From: Octopus sinensis
Lineage: Eukaryota
Reading direction: 5' to 3'
Length of the DNA: 64,000 nt
Assembly (NCBI RefSeq): GCF_006345805.1
Contig: NC_043011.1
Location: 33,492,464 to 33,556,463, forward strand
The notes under the pieces were generated by a model. It made no database searches. It saw only the letters and a list, made by a program, of their open reading frames with translations, and had not been told where the DNA came from. Shown here piece by piece: positions 1-12,681 of this stretch. The translations under genes were made by a program, and so were the position numbers. How positions within the stretch are numbered: position 1 is the stretch's first letter; each line of letters starts with the position of its first letter.

Positions 1-255
1 CCAAAGCAGACGATACCTAAACCTAAGAAAAATATTAAATAAATCATCGATGCAGAAGTAAAATTTCTATACGAAATTGATTTTTCAGCATAATCCAAAG
101 TAGCCCAACAAATGGACTTGCGTGTGTGTGTGATGACCATATCACTTATTTTATAACACAATCGTTGAAGCCCTAATTTTTGCGATATTCTGTAGAACAT
201 ATTCATGAACATTTCACATTTAACCAAGTATTTCGAAAGTAAAAGATTCTGTCTG

Positions 256-860
256 TAGAACTTTACAGGCACGGAAGTACCTTCAGCCAGACCTGTCCGA
301 AATATGTGCTGTACAACAAAGCTGTTCTGCATGCGCTCGTTCGGTGACTTCATGAGTTACCTCGAACACCTGATGTCACGCGTGTGGCCTTCTTTTGGCG
401 TGAGAGAACAAACGTCCTTCATCTGTCTGGTGGTTTTGGTGAAAGAGGTTGTGTGATGGATGAAATTGGAAGGTTTCAAAAGAGATACTGGCCTCTTTGA
501 CCAAAACCATTTCAAGTCTCATTTGAAAGGGAAAGTGATGGTGAAGAAGGAAGTGTTACCTTTCAGGTAATATATTGAAAGGTGGATGAGAGTTGCAAGC
601 ATGGTCCGAATGAAGAGGCTTGCTCTGAGCATGCGCTAATAGATTAGAAGACAAATGGAAGAGGAGACATACTTTGGTTGTTGGGGTGACTGTGGTTCTT
701 GTGGGGTCTCCACAAGTAATTCTCGGAAACTCCCCACCCCATTTGGGTAATTATTCAATGAAATTTTGTTCTGTTATTTTCCTTTTTACTTGATCCTTTA
801 TGTAATCGTCCTGTACCGTCCTCAATGTTTTTACCAATCTTTACTGGTTAACAAAGAGAA
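256..860 (+). mobile_element. 3' fragment of an L1/Tx1-clade LINE (zinc-knuckle region and 3' UTR), decayed
   Basis: Hand translation LYRHGSTFSQTCPKYVLYNKAVLHALV ... FKSHLKGKVMVKKEVLPFR*YIERWMRVASMVRM parallels the C-terminus of the LINE at 14957-17260 (LFRHRSTISRNYPRCAWSDETFLHALV; LHLKRQIRVEREVLP). Confidence 0.75.
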
Positions 861-869
861 TATTAATTT

Positions 870-966
870 GTAGGGATAAAACAAGTATCAATTAAGCACT
901 GGGGTTGATGTAATCGACTTCCCCAGGTCCTCAAAAACTACTAAGCCCCGTGTCAAAGTTTGAAAC

Positions 967-1000
<34 letters not shown>

Positions 1001-1845
1001 ATAAACGCGGCGAGCGGGCAGAATCGTTAGCACGCCGGGCGAAATGCGTAGCCGTATTTCGTCTGCCGCTACGTTCTGAGTTCAAATTCCGCCGAGGTCG
1101 ACTTTGCCTTTCATCCTTTCGGGGTCGATTAAATAAGTACCAGTTAGGCACTGGGGTCGATACAATCGACTTAATCCGTTTGTCTGTCCTTGTTTGTCCT
1201 CTCTGTGTTCAGCCCATTGTGGTTAGTAAAGAAATAGGTATTTCGTCTGTCGCTACGATCTGAGTTCAAATTCCGCCGAGGTCGACTTTGCCTTTCATCC
1301 TTTCGGAGTCGATAAAGTAAATACCAGTTGAACACCGGGGTCGATGTAATCGACTAATCCCCTCCCACCAAATTTCAGGCTTCGTACCTTTATTATTATT
1401 ATTATTACTATTTAAGAAAGCGACGAGCTGGCAGAATCGTTAGCACGCTGGACAAAATGCTTAACGGCGTTTCGTTCGTCTTTATGTTCTAAATTCAAAT
1501 TCTGCCGAGGTCGACTTTACCTTTCATCCTTTAGGGAGGTCGATAAATTAAGTCCTGAGGTCGACGTAATCGACTGCTCTCCTCCCCCAAAATTTCAGGC
1601 TTTTCATTGTTATTAAAGAAATCATTAAGACTGAAATGACAGGATTGTAGCTTTTAGAACAAATGTCTAACGACTTTTCTTCCAGTTGTTTACGTTGTCA
1701 AGTTCAATTGCCACCGAAGTTGACTTCGCCCTTTATCATTCTTTCGGGGTCGAGAAAATGAGTACCAGTTGAGCACTGAGATCGGTGTAATCGACTTCCC
1801 TGTCCTTTAAAAATTGCTGGCTTTGACCAAAATTGGAAACCATTA
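870..1845 (+). mobile_element. Cluster of SINE family A copies (dimer at 1007-1390 plus decayed neighbours) separated by (ATT)n
   Basis: Repeated head ggcgagctggcagaatcgttagcacg (A-box-like), gagttcaaattcc (B-box-like) and body gtcgactttgcctttcatcctttcggggtcgat; more than 30 copies in the window. Confidence 0.9.
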
Positions 1846-2689
1846 TTTTACGTAGTAGTGGTGGTTTCTGTTCGAGTTAGAAATGTTCACCTCGGCGCTG
1901 CAGTTTTGAATTACTAAACGTGTTTTAAAGAGTTGGTAAAGTTTGTACTCTTATTTCATGACGATAACATAACGGAAATATTTATTAATTTTTTCTGCCT
2001 GTCTGGGGGCAACAAAACACTTTATTAAAACATTTTGGTTCGGCTTGATTTTCCTCTAGTTTTTGTCGTATCTTAACAACGTGGCGGCCAGACAAAACCA
2101 CAACAATGATAATACGTCCCACTCAAAGGAAAATCAAAATGTTTTTACAAGCGATAAGCAAGGAAAATCTAACACGAATACAAACGACTCGTCATAATAC
2201 AAAGACATTTCAAAAAGAAAAAAATGACTTTTCAAACACCAAAGGTGACTGATGCCTTGCATGATAATAACAAAATCATACAGTAGCGTTCCCATACATA
2301 CATAAGCCTTATCCAGCGAAAACATTTATGGTAACTATATTATCGCTTATATTGATTCAAACGGAAAATATCTAAATTTGGACAGGGTTCAGGCCCAGGA
2401 GGAATTACAATATTCTTTGTTAGTAACCTTTCTGTCTCGTTGCATGCAGAATTTGCGAGCAGACAAAGAGAAAACTAACATACTTATACCTTGCTAAAAG
2501 TAGAGAAGGGTTCAATAATCCCCCAAAGAAGCAAATTGAAGGACAATTGAGCAGTTATGCACAAGAAGCAATAGAACAAACTTTAATATGATCGACTCGT
2601 GTCAGTTCAGGTCAAATTACGCCTTATTTAATCCACTGCCGCATCGCCAGGTTATTTAACTTCTGCGCTTATCATTATTTCTTGAACAG

Positions 2690-3850
2690 ATCTATCCATG
2701 TGAACTCGTCGAATGAGATGTATATTATCATCAGTCCTGTAAATATAATTCTCAGCAGGGTCATTGTCTATGGTACTACAGGAGATGAGCAGGGGGCAAT
2801 ATTGCATCTATTGACAGAAAAAAATCCTTCGGATCAATCCAGTTGCATTGCAAGTACGAGGCCGAGGCAAAACGGTTGATAGGGGTAATATGCACAAATG
2901 GGTTGATAGAAGTAATATGTCCAAGGCGGCGAGCTGGCAGAAACGTTAGCACGCCGAGCGAAATGCATAGCGGTATTTCGTCTACCGTTACGTTGTGAGT
3001 TGAAATTCCGCCGAAGTCGACTTTGCTTTTCATCCTTTCGGGGTCGATTAAATAAGTACCAGTTACGCACTGGGGTCGATATAATCGACTTAATCCGTTT
3101 GTCTATCCTTGTTTGTCCTCTCTGTGTGTAGCCCCTTGTTGGTAGTAAAGAAATAGGTATTTCGCCTGCCGTTACGTTCTGAGTTCAAATTCCGCCGAGG
3201 TTGACTTTGCCTTTCATAATTTCGGGGTCGATAAATTAAGTACCAGTTATGTACTGGGGTCGATGTAATCGACTTAATCACTGTTTGTCCTTGTTTGTCC
3301 CCTCTATGTTTAGCCCCTTGTGGACAATAAAGAAATAAGTAATATGAACAACATTCCTTCGTCGGCTAATACCCTAATGTATGGGTCAAGGAAGGTGACA
3401 GTAAAGGGTGTTTGTAGCGAAGTTGATATCTGGCGTTTATTTCACCCTTGTGGGACAAAATGGATGGAAGGAAGTTAGTGCGGAGATCACGAAAAATTAC
3501 ATCTAGTTAGGCGAGTCAACATGAGCTTTAAATAATTCTGACCTCTCAAAACTACTGAGCCATACTGAAGTTCTCTCTTGATATGGTCGCAGAAAGTAAA
3601 ACATGAATTTAACCTCCACAAACACGCAAGCCTTATCTAGAAAGGGGAAGGAAAAATTACTTTCTTCGTTTTGCTTTAAATAGAGTCTCTAAATTTGAAC
3701 AAGTTTAAGAGAAACTATGGCAACGATGCATTAGTAAACTGTCTTCTTGCTCGAGGGATTAATTTAAGAGCGGACAAAAAGCTAAAGCGATGACAGTGAT
3801 CGTACAGGAGAGCAGGCTCAGCTGTTATACTTTGTGGCAATAAGAGTCAC
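2690..3850 (+). mobile_element. Possible highly decayed APE-endonuclease region of an L1/Tx1-type LINE, split by a SINE
   Basis: VDIWRLFHPCGTKW near 3422 resembles the D.WR..HP motif of L1-type endonucleases; RVIVYGTT near 2758; many stops. Confidence 0.35.
2925..3336 (+). mobile_element. SINE family A dimer with target-site duplication
   Basis: Flanked by aagtaatatgtccaa (2910-2924) and aagtaatatgaacaa (3337-3351). Confidence 0.9.
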
Positions 3851-4884
3851 TTGAGCCTTTTCTGGGTAAAAAAAAATCAACTAAGCAGAATTTTGAACAG
3901 CACCGCTGGTAGAAACTCAGGAATCAGCCGATGAGATCGCCTGATATTAGGTCCCAGAACAGAAGCCCAGAGTCCCTTTCCTCTGGCTACGCCCTGTAGT
4001 GACAGTAAGGAGAGATGGTGGAGGAAGTGGCTTACGACAGAAAGGACAGCAGTAAAGTCCAGTCACTACAATACTAAACAGCAGCTGCATCACCAATCCA
4101 TCCTCTTGAGACGAGGGGAAAGTGAAGTTATGGATAAAAGATTCCGGGGAGCACGCAATGAAGAAAAGAAAAGCTTTCCCTCAAAAGGAAGAGAGAACCT
4201 AAACAGAAAATAGCAACTAAATAAAAAGAGTAACCTTCTGAGGACAACAACGATAACGGACGACGATGATTTGTATTTCACCTTTTTTATAAAAATTGAA
4301 CCTGGATCTGATAAGAAGAATCATACATTTGTGGTGCAGCGTGGGTTGCAGGCACGTATTAATTATGAATATGCAATCAGAATCATAAAGAAGTTACTCA
4401 AAACACAGGATGTTAGTTAAAAAGAAAGATTAATGATGCTTTTAATGAACTAAAAGAAACGGATGCTAAAGACGGGAGTTGTTTCTTACCACAACCCACA
4501 TAGAAAATGTCAACGAGTATCTTTGCATACACGAGGATACTGCACCAAGACTGCTCGTGGATGTGTAGTGACATGGAGCGTAGAGACTAGACATAACTAT
4601 ATGTGGGAGAGAACATTAAGTGTTTCCTGATTTAATTTTCGTTTTTTTAAAAATTAAATGTGCAGTTTTTTTATTACATATTTTCCTTCATTCTATGTAA
4701 TTGAGTTTTTATAAATTTTTAACTTGACCAGTCCTCCATTGGACAACGTCTTCCACCTCTTCCCTCGTCATTATACAACTTGTCTGTTTCATCCTACACA
4801 TTTTTCTAAACCATTTGTCCAATGAACGTTGTATTTTATTGAATCTCTTCGCGCCCTTGTGACAAATAATAATTATTATCAATA

Positions 4885-5404
4885 GACGGCGAGGTCAGAA
4901 TTGCTTACGCCTCGGACAAAATGCTTAACGGTATTTCGTCTGTCGCTACGTTCTGAGTTCAAATTCTGCCGTGGTCGACTTTGCCCTTCATCCTTTCGAG
5001 GTCGATTAAATAAGTACCAGTTATGCACTGGGTTCGATGTAATCGACTTAATCCGTTTATCAGTCCTTGTTTGTCCTCTTTGTGTTTAGCCCCTTGTGGG
5101 TAGTAAAGAAATAGGTATTTCGTCTGCCGCTACGTTCTGAGTTCAAATTCTGCCGTGGTCGACTTTGCCTTTCATCCTTTCGAGGTCGATTAAATAAGTA
5201 CCAGTTATGCACTGGGTTCGATGTAATCGACTTAATCCGTTTATCAGTCCTTGTTTGTCCTCTTTGTGTTTAGCCCCTTGTGGGTAGTAAAGAAATAGGT
5301 ATTTCGTCTGCCGCTACGTTCTGAGTTCAAATTCCGCCGAGGTCGACTTTGCCTTTCATCCTTTCGGGGTCGGTTAAATAAGTACCAGTTAGGCACTGGG
5401 GTCA
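4885..5404 (+). mobile_element. SINE family A trimer (184-bp period)
   Basis: gtatttcgtctg recurs at 4931, 5115 and 5299; units 1 and 2 share private variants. Confidence 0.9.
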
Positions 5405-5621
5405 ATTTTTGGTATCCGAAAACAGGAGTTTTTGGCAAAAAAATTTTTTTAAATAAACAAATTAGGGAGAAAATGGGGAGAGGGGACGGGCGGAAGTCTT
5501 TCCTAGCCTTTTGGCGAGCGCCGTGATTAGGTCCTCTAACTCGTGTGCAAAATCGATTGGTAAAATCGACTGAAAATGGATCTGTAATACACTATTTTAT
5601 AAACATTAATGTTTTGTGTAA

Positions 5622-6320
5622 AGCGGCGAGCTGGTAGAATCGTTAGAATTCTGGACAAAATGCTTGGCGGCATTTCGTCCGTCTTTCTGAGATGAAATTC
5701 CTCCGAGATCAATTTTGCCTTTGATCCTTTCGGAGTCCATAAAATAAGTGCCAGTTGAGCGCCGGGTTGATGTAATCGGCTAATCACGAAATAACCTTGT
5801 GTCAAAATCTGAAACCAATATTTTGTGTAAAAAAGATGTTCTCTGTTGCGAAGATTCTGAAATTTTCTTTCCAGTTTTTTTTTTTTCTATAGTATTTTTA
5901 ACTCTTTGACCTTCGTTTGCTGAAATAATTACTTCTAATATAGACAGTCTTTACGTTCTGAGTTCAAATTCCGCTGAGCTCGACTTTGCCTTTCATCCTT
6001 TCGGGGTCGATAAATTAAGTACCATTTGCGTACTACTGTCGATCTAATCGACTGAGCCACCCCCTCCCCCAAAATTTCGAGCTTTGTGCCTAGGGTAGAA
6101 AAGTATTTTATTTAAGGCAGCGAGCTGGCAGAAACGTTAGCACGCCGGGCGAAATGCTTACCGGTATTTCGTCTGCGTTACGTTGTGAGTTCAAATTCCG
6201 CCGAGGTCGACTTTGCCTTTCATCCTTTCGGGGTCGATTAAATCGACTTAATCCGTTTGTCTGTCCTTGTTTGTCCTCTCTGTGTTTAGCCCCTTGTGGT
6301 TAGTAAAGAAATAGGTATTG
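5622..6320 (+). mobile_element. Three SINE family A copies
   Basis: Family A motifs; first copy flanked by ttttgtgtaaa at 5612 and 5821. Confidence 0.85.
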
Positions 6321-6871
6321 TGAAAATTCCCCCCCTCCCCCCAACTTCTTCAATTTTGACTTTTTCCGCAACACTAACCCTAAAACCGTAAGTACAGAAA
6401 TGTTTTGAAATTTTTGTCCGAATCCTGATGTCCGTATTTTTTCGCATATTTAGTAAAGAAAAAATTCTTTAAAAAAATTTTATATAGTTTTTGGAAATTG
6501 TTTTCAGAATCATTATTTTCCCGCATATTTTGAAAAAAAAAAAAAAATTCTAAAGAAAGGTTTAAAATGAAGGAAATGGGGGGTGGTGATAACGTAGATA
6601 TGTCGATTTTTGCCAATTTTTTTTACAGATTCGTATTCCCCGAAGCCGAAAGGGGGCGGGGTTTGTGTCGAAAAAAGAAAATTTTTTAAGCGTGGTTTGG
6701 ATGGGGGTAGAAGTCTTACCAAAGGCTGGTATGAAACAAATAATAACGGCTCTTAGAAATTTTTAAATGTGGAATATTAAGGAAAACAACATATTTGTGT
6801 CCTGCCGAAACTATTTTCCCTAATTATATGGAAAGATACGAGGAAAGAAATACAGTAAAAATATACAAAAG

Positions 6872-7245
6872 CGTATGTATGGCTGTGAATTTAATAAATT
6901 CGCTTTGCGACCTCGTCGTTTTGGTTTCAGTACCACTGCATGGGTCGCACACTTGAGCAAGCGTCCTCTATAACAGCCCCGAGCAGACCAATGTCTTGTG
7001 AGTAAATATGGTACACAGAAACTGTGCAGAAGCCTGTCTTATTTATGTGTGCGGCATTCTTCCCCTACGCTTCACAACCAGTGTTGGTTCATGTTTATGC
7101 TCTCCTTAATTTAGCGGTTCGGCAAAAGACACCTATATAATAAGTATCAGGCTTTCTCAAAGTACTAGCGTTGACCTGATTGACTAAAACCCATCAAGAC
7201 GATATCCCAGCATGGCTGTAGCCCAATGAGGGAAACATGTAAAAA
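6872..7245 (+). mobile_element. SINE family B, diverged copy
   Basis: Matches the reverse complement of copies at 47371-47807 and 59527-59905 (ttagcggttcggcaaaagac, cagcatggctgtag). Confidence 0.75.
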
Positions 7246-7730
7246 AAGCGATGATAACCATTAGAGAACAATTAGTAAGGTTTTTGGAAACCTATTTTTG
7301 AGAAAAAGTCAATACAACAAGCTATGCAGTTATTAGAAGGGGAAATTTTCGACAGCTCCCTTCCCAAGTGATCATTAAAAATGAAGTGAAATTCATTATG
7401 AACACCTTCACTTATTAGAAGATTCCTCATATTGATTGCATTCAAAATTATTAAAGACTTTCGTTCAAAGTATTGCACAGCAGCCGCTTTCAACACATTA
7501 ATTTTCACATTAAAAGCAGGCATTGACAACTTGTGTCAAAGCCAGATTTTGATCGTCCAGTATCCTGTGAATAATCTCATTTTCCGTAATTTCCATCATT
7601 CTCTACGCTCATCCGTCCGATTCGTGTTATTGTACAGGGAAATTACATCGTTTGTATCCCGCATTTATACAGCAGGAAAACCGTTAGAGCGAGTATTGCA
7701 TTCGTTTACGTACATTGTATGTAATCTGCC

Positions 7731-7775
7731 TTAATCCTGACACCGCATGTTCAAAGAAGAAAAGGTTTTAATTAG
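7731..7775 (-). CDS. Candidate terminal coding exon (LIKTFSSLNMRCQD*)
   Basis: Minus-strand acceptor ttttcctttcaaatacattcAG; phase 0 fits the candidate exon at 9919-10063; no homology recognised. Confidence 0.3.
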   Translation of the reverse strand, partial: LIKTFSSLNMRCQD

Positions 7776-8480
7776 CTGAATGTATTTGAAAGGAAAACAT
7801 ATTTTTCTCATAGAAATAAGTAGCAGTAGAAATAAATTGAGAACTGGTTTAGTTGATGTAGCGAGCTATAACGACGAAGAAATAATCTAAATGATTAGTT
7901 CTGGTTGAGAAAGGTAGAGAAAACAAACCTGCTATTTGTCCAAAGTCAGTCTCTTAATAAGTTTTAGTCTTACAGAATTAAATGCGTTAAGTACGTCAGA
8001 CAAAATGCTTCTTAATTCAAATTTCGCCTTTCATTCTTTCGGGGTCGATAAATTATCAGTTGAGTACTGGAGATCGATGTAATCGACTTATCAACTCCCT
8101 AAAATTGTTGGCCTTGTATCAAAATTTGAAGCCGTTTCTACAGGGTCCATGCATCTCTTTAAACGCAAAACAGATACAAGAATGTACACACATTTTAGGG
8201 GAGAGTACAATCAATTATCAATTATACGACCTTACTAAAACGGTAGATACTATTTTATCAAGCTTCAGCAAGATGGAAATCGGCATAAAAAGAAGAAAAA
8301 AAACAAAAACGAACACCTGCTTTGTAAACATAATTTATGCTTTGTGTTAAATTTTACCTAAAGTTTAATAAGGTTTAATATCTTTAAATACACTTTATAC
8401 AAAGCGTTTACATGTTTGCTTGGCGACCTTTAGAAATGGGAGTCAAATCAGCCTCAAGTCATGATACTTTTTTTTTCGTT

Positions 8481-8850
8481 TTACTCTTTACTCTTTTACT
8501 TGTTTTAACATGACTGTGGCCATGCTGGAGCACCGCCTTCAGTTGAGCAAATCGACCCCAGGACTTATTGTTTCTAAGACTAGTACTTATTCTATCGGTC
8601 TCTTTTGCAGAACTGCTAAGTTACAGGTACGTAAACACACCACCATCGGTTGTCAAGCGATGTTGGGGGGACAAACACAGACACACAAACATGTACACAC
8701 ACACATACATACATATATACGATGGGCTTCTTTCAGTTTCCGTCTACCAAATCAACTCACAAGGCTTTGGTCGGCCCGAGACTATAGTAGAAGATACTTG
8801 CTCAAGGTGTCACGCAGTGGAACTGAACCCGGAACCATGTGGTTGGTAAG
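8481..8850 (-). mobile_element. SINE family B
   Basis: Same sequence family as 47371-47807, with an internal (CA)/(TA) microsatellite. Confidence 0.9.
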
Positions 8851-9052
8851 ACATTGAATAATGTGTCCTTATCTACACTGTCAGGGAAAAATATTATACG
8901 ACAGTCACAGCTGAAATAGATTTAATCTTATGTTTGTTCTATCAAGGATAACTTAGAGCTAAACTGTTGGCTATAACTAAAACAATTCAATTTCGTTGAT
9001 TGTTTGCTCTGTTGACAAGTCAATTACCTGGAAACCAATTGTAGAAAGAACC

Positions 9053-9276
9053 GGTACTTGTATCGCAGAGTGGTCCCGGTTTGCGCAGACGCGCAGACGC
9101 GCGTCCGTGCTAGCCAGACGTAGCCAGTCGATCCTACGAGCTGACTGGCGCATGCACGATATATACAATATATACTTGTATCGATATATACGTGTATACG
9201 ATATATACTTGTATCGCACGTCCCCGATTCGCGCGCGCGTGTGCGCAAACCGGGACCACTCTGCGATACAAGTACC
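9053..9276. mobile_element. 224-bp MITE with perfect 35-bp TIRs and a 9-bp TSD (Mutator/MULE-like)
   Basis: GGTACTTGTATCGCAGAGTGGTCCCGGTTTGCGCA at 9053-9087, exact reverse complement at 9242-9276; gaaagaacc at 9044-9052 and 9277-9285. Confidence 0.9.
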
Positions 9277-9918
9277 GAAAGAACCCCCCCACCTCTGCAA
9301 TGCTTCCTACAAAGATCTTTTTCTCTTTATTTTTCTAAAATTTCTGTCGTTGGATCTCGGCCATGCTGAAGCACCACATTGAAAGGTTTATAGTTGAACA
9401 AATTGATCCAGGTACTTACATTTTGGGCCTGGTACGTATCCTGTCGATTTTTTCGCCAAAGCGCTAAACCACAGAACGTAAACGAACTAACACCGCTTAT
9501 CAAACGATATGAGATACACCCCAAACTCACATTGTATATATATACATATATTATATATATAAGAGACCAAAGTGTACGTACGCCGCTATATTTATATAAA
9601 AATGGAATACCAAAAATGGGACAAGAACGCAAAACATCCAGACAGACGATACAAAAATAAAAAAATAAGGACGGATCATTCGGAGTTTTCTTTCGTCCGT
9701 CTTTGTGTCCCGAGTTCAATTTAAGCCGCAGTCGACTTTGCTTTTCATCCTTTCGTGGGGTGGGGGTCGATAAAAATCAGTATCAGTATCATATAAAACA
9801 TGTTTTATATGACACATTCTACCAGTGTCCGAAGTTTGAAAGTGTTTAGTTACAAAAAATTATTTTTTAAATCTGTAGGTCAAAAGGTAAAGATTCGAAA
9901 ACCAAACACCATACTTAC

Positions 9919-10063
9919 CACATTCGAATTATGAAACTGTCCGTTCGCCTCCATTTTCCTCACATATATGCCGAACGATCGTCTGCCAGGTTCCATTTCC
10001 GTCACTTGTCGATGGCACATTTCTTGCCGATCAGGTATCAGGTGTTTACTAGCAACGTTAAAC
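9919..10063 (-). CDS. Candidate internal coding exon of an unidentified gene
   Basis: Minus strand taaatAG|...|GTAAGT; 145 nt; only one open frame, FNVASKHLIPDRQEMCHRQVTEMEPGRRSFGIYVRKMEANGQFHNSNV; non-repetitive in the window. Confidence 0.5.
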
Positions 10064-10324
10064 CTATTTAATTCAGAATGAATTATCTATCTTGATATAA
10101 TTAGCCTGATGAAGAAAATTATTACTGCAGTCGGCTTCTAGTAGACACTGGGAGATGTCACACCTCGCTACACAAAAGCTAATTAATTAATCAAAAAAAA
10201 AAACAATACCACTGTATTATGTTCTTTTATTTATTTTCTTACTGTTATTTTTAAAAACAAGTATAAGAGTTCGAATCACACATCGTTCGTTAAAAAAAGT
10301 TATTAATTTTATTTTTGCATTTTT

Positions 10325-10612
10325 TATTTGTTTTAGTCATTGAACTGTGGTCATGTAGAGGTATCGCCTTCGCTAGATTACAGGAACGTAAACAAACCAA
10401 TACTGGTTATCAAGCATTGTGATGCTGGAGAAAACACAAAGACACGCGCACGTGCGCATATGGCTCACGCTTTCCGCCTACCAAATTCACTCACAAGGCA
10501 CTAGTCAGCCCGGGGCTATAGTAGAAGACAACCGTCCAAGGTGCCACGCAGTGGGTCTCAACTCGAAATCACGTGGTTGCAAAATAAACTTCTCAACCAC
10601 ACAACCACTCCT
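10325..10612 (-). mobile_element. SINE family B, internally deleted and diverged
   Basis: gctatagtagaagacaaccgtccaaggtgccacgcagtggg matches family B. Confidence 0.8.
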
Positions 10613-10679
10613 CCGTTACATTCCATAATATATTATATGGATTCTCCCATTGATAATACACACAGCTAACGCATAGTCC

Positions 10680-11348
10680 TTTCTACTATAATCACAAGGC
10701 ATGACATCTGGAGTGGGGGGAGGTTAATCGATTACATCGACCCCAGTGCGAAACTGGTACTTATTTAATCGACCCCGAAAGGATGAAAGGCAAAGTCGAC
10801 CTCGGCGGAATTTGAACTCAGATCGTAGCGACGGGCGAAATGCCTATTTCTATTTCTTTACTACCCACAAGGGGCTAAACACAGAGGGGATAACCAAGGA
10901 CAGACAAACGGATTAAGTCGATTATATCGACCCTTGTGTGTAACTAGTACTTATTCAATCGACCCCGAAAGAATGAAAGGCAAAGTCGACCTCGGCGGAA
11001 TTTGAACTCAGAACGTAACGACAGACGAAATACTGCTAAGAATTTCGCCCGGCGTGCTAACGTTTCTGCCAGCTCGCCGCTCTAGGTAACGCATAGTCCA
11101 ACCGTTCAATGTTTCTTATTTCTTTATTGCCCACAAGAGGCTAAATATAGAGGGGACAAACAAGGAGAGACAAACGGATTAAGTCGATTACATCGACCCC
11201 AGTGCGTAACGGGTACTTAATTTATCGATCCCGAAAGAATGAAAGGCAAAGTCGACCTCGGCGGAATTTGAACTCAGATCGTAGCGACGGGCAAAATACT
11301 GCTAAGCATTTCGTCCAGCATGCTAACGATTGTGCCAGATCGCCGCCT
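10680..11348 (-). mobile_element. Two adjacent SINE family A insertions with iterated target duplications
   Basis: taacgcatagtcc at 10667 and 11087; variant taacgtgtagtcc at about 11353. Confidence 0.9.
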
Positions 11349-11429
11349 TAGGTAACGTGTAGTCCTACGGTCCACTGTTTCTGTCATAGCAACTTCCTTC
11401 TCTCTTAATATTTAAAATGAATATCGTCT

Positions 11430-11865
11430 GGAGCTGGCAGAATAGTTACCGCACCGGGCAAAATGCTTTGCGTCATTTTCTCTGTCTTTACGTTCTGATT
11501 TCAAATGCTACCGAAGTCGCCTTCGCCTTTCATCCTTCGGGGTTGATAAATAAGCACAGCTGAGCACTGGGGCCGATGTAATCGACTTACCTCTACTCCG
11601 AAATTGCTGGCCTTGTAGCAAAATTTGAAACCAATTTGTAAACATGAATAAAGCGGTGAGCTGGCAGAATCGTTGTCGCGCCGAGCAAAAATGCTTAGCA
11701 ATATTTCGTCTGTCTTTACGTTCTGAGTTCAAATGTCGCCGAATTCGACTTCGCCTTTTATCCTTTCGGGATCGATAAAAAAAGTACCAGTTGGGAACTA
11801 GGAGTCTACGTAATCGACTTCCCCTTCTCCCCAGAATTACTGGTATTGTGCCGAAATTTGAAAAA
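11430..11865 (+). mobile_element. Two SINE family A copies (alternative tail aattgctggccttgt...tttgaaa)
   Basis: Family A head and body with a different 3' tail. Confidence 0.85.
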
Positions 11866-12260
11866 AGGTTATAAAAATAAATGAGTGTCTGTATATCCAA
11901 AATAGTAGATCTAAAGTTCCACAGCTGAAATTTTGCATAGAAAGCACAACTTTTTAAGGAAAATATAAGCTATAATGATATTTTCTGAAATTTATTAATT
12001 TTAGCTCTTGGTTGAGAATCTTACAATATTGTATACTTCTAAGAACCCCAACGGATACTGGAAAACAAAGCACCTATTAAAAAACTGAAATTGTTTAACC
12101 AGGTAAGATTATTTAACCCGGTAGTAAAAATAAAAAGAAGTAAATTTCGCAAGGGACTTCGTTTCAGGAACATCGGTTTTTCAGTTTTATCACCGATGCT
12201 TACAGTTTAAGTCGGTACACACCACTGAACAAATACACACACAAATACATACATACACAC

Positions 12261-12317
<57 letters not shown>

Positions 12318-12403
12318 ATATGTATGTATGTATGTATATATCACTGTGGACACCATGTAGGCAGTCATCAAAAAGATTTTGTTCGTCTTGAGGCTGATAG
12401 AGG

Positions 12404-12502
12404 TTCCTTGTCTTTCCTGATGAGAAGACGGCATAATGCACCCTTTATTCCTTCGGAATTAAGAGTATGCAGTCTTCGAAACATGTGTTGAGAGTAAAGG
12501 AA
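12404..12502 (+). ncRNA. Type I hammerhead ribozyme motif, copy 1
   Basis: Stem I ttcctt-gt-ctttc / gagag-ta-aaggaa; CTGATGA 12417-12423; stem II gaagac.gcata / tatgc.gtcttc; GAAA 12478-12481; stem III c-atgt-g; GUU, predicted cleavage after 12489. Confidence 0.8.
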
Positions 12503-12544
12503 TTTTGTTAAAATCTTCGTTCGACTCCATTCTTTCATTTATTC

Positions 12545-12607
<63 letters not shown>

Positions 12608-12681
12608 GTATGTATATATCACTGTGGACACCATGTAGGCAGTCATCAAAAAGATTTTGTTCGTCTTGAGGCTGATAGAGG

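Noticed and set aside
5405-6730. Odd homopolymer-rich stretches at 5405-5600 and 6320-6730
   Set aside because: They look like low-quality consensus over a repeat; no reliable ends could be defined.
8977-9382. Overlapping ORFs on both strands sharing GTCIAEWSRFA
   Set aside because: Explained by the MITE's inverted repeats.
10106-10150. Isolated CTGANGA hits (also about 13887, 20274 minus, 23799, 59180, 61195)
   Set aside because: No stem II plus GAAA plus stem I arrangement.
12044-12102. Possible + strand exons at 12044-12102 and 19967-19989
   Set aside because: Good donors but weak acceptors and no supporting homology.
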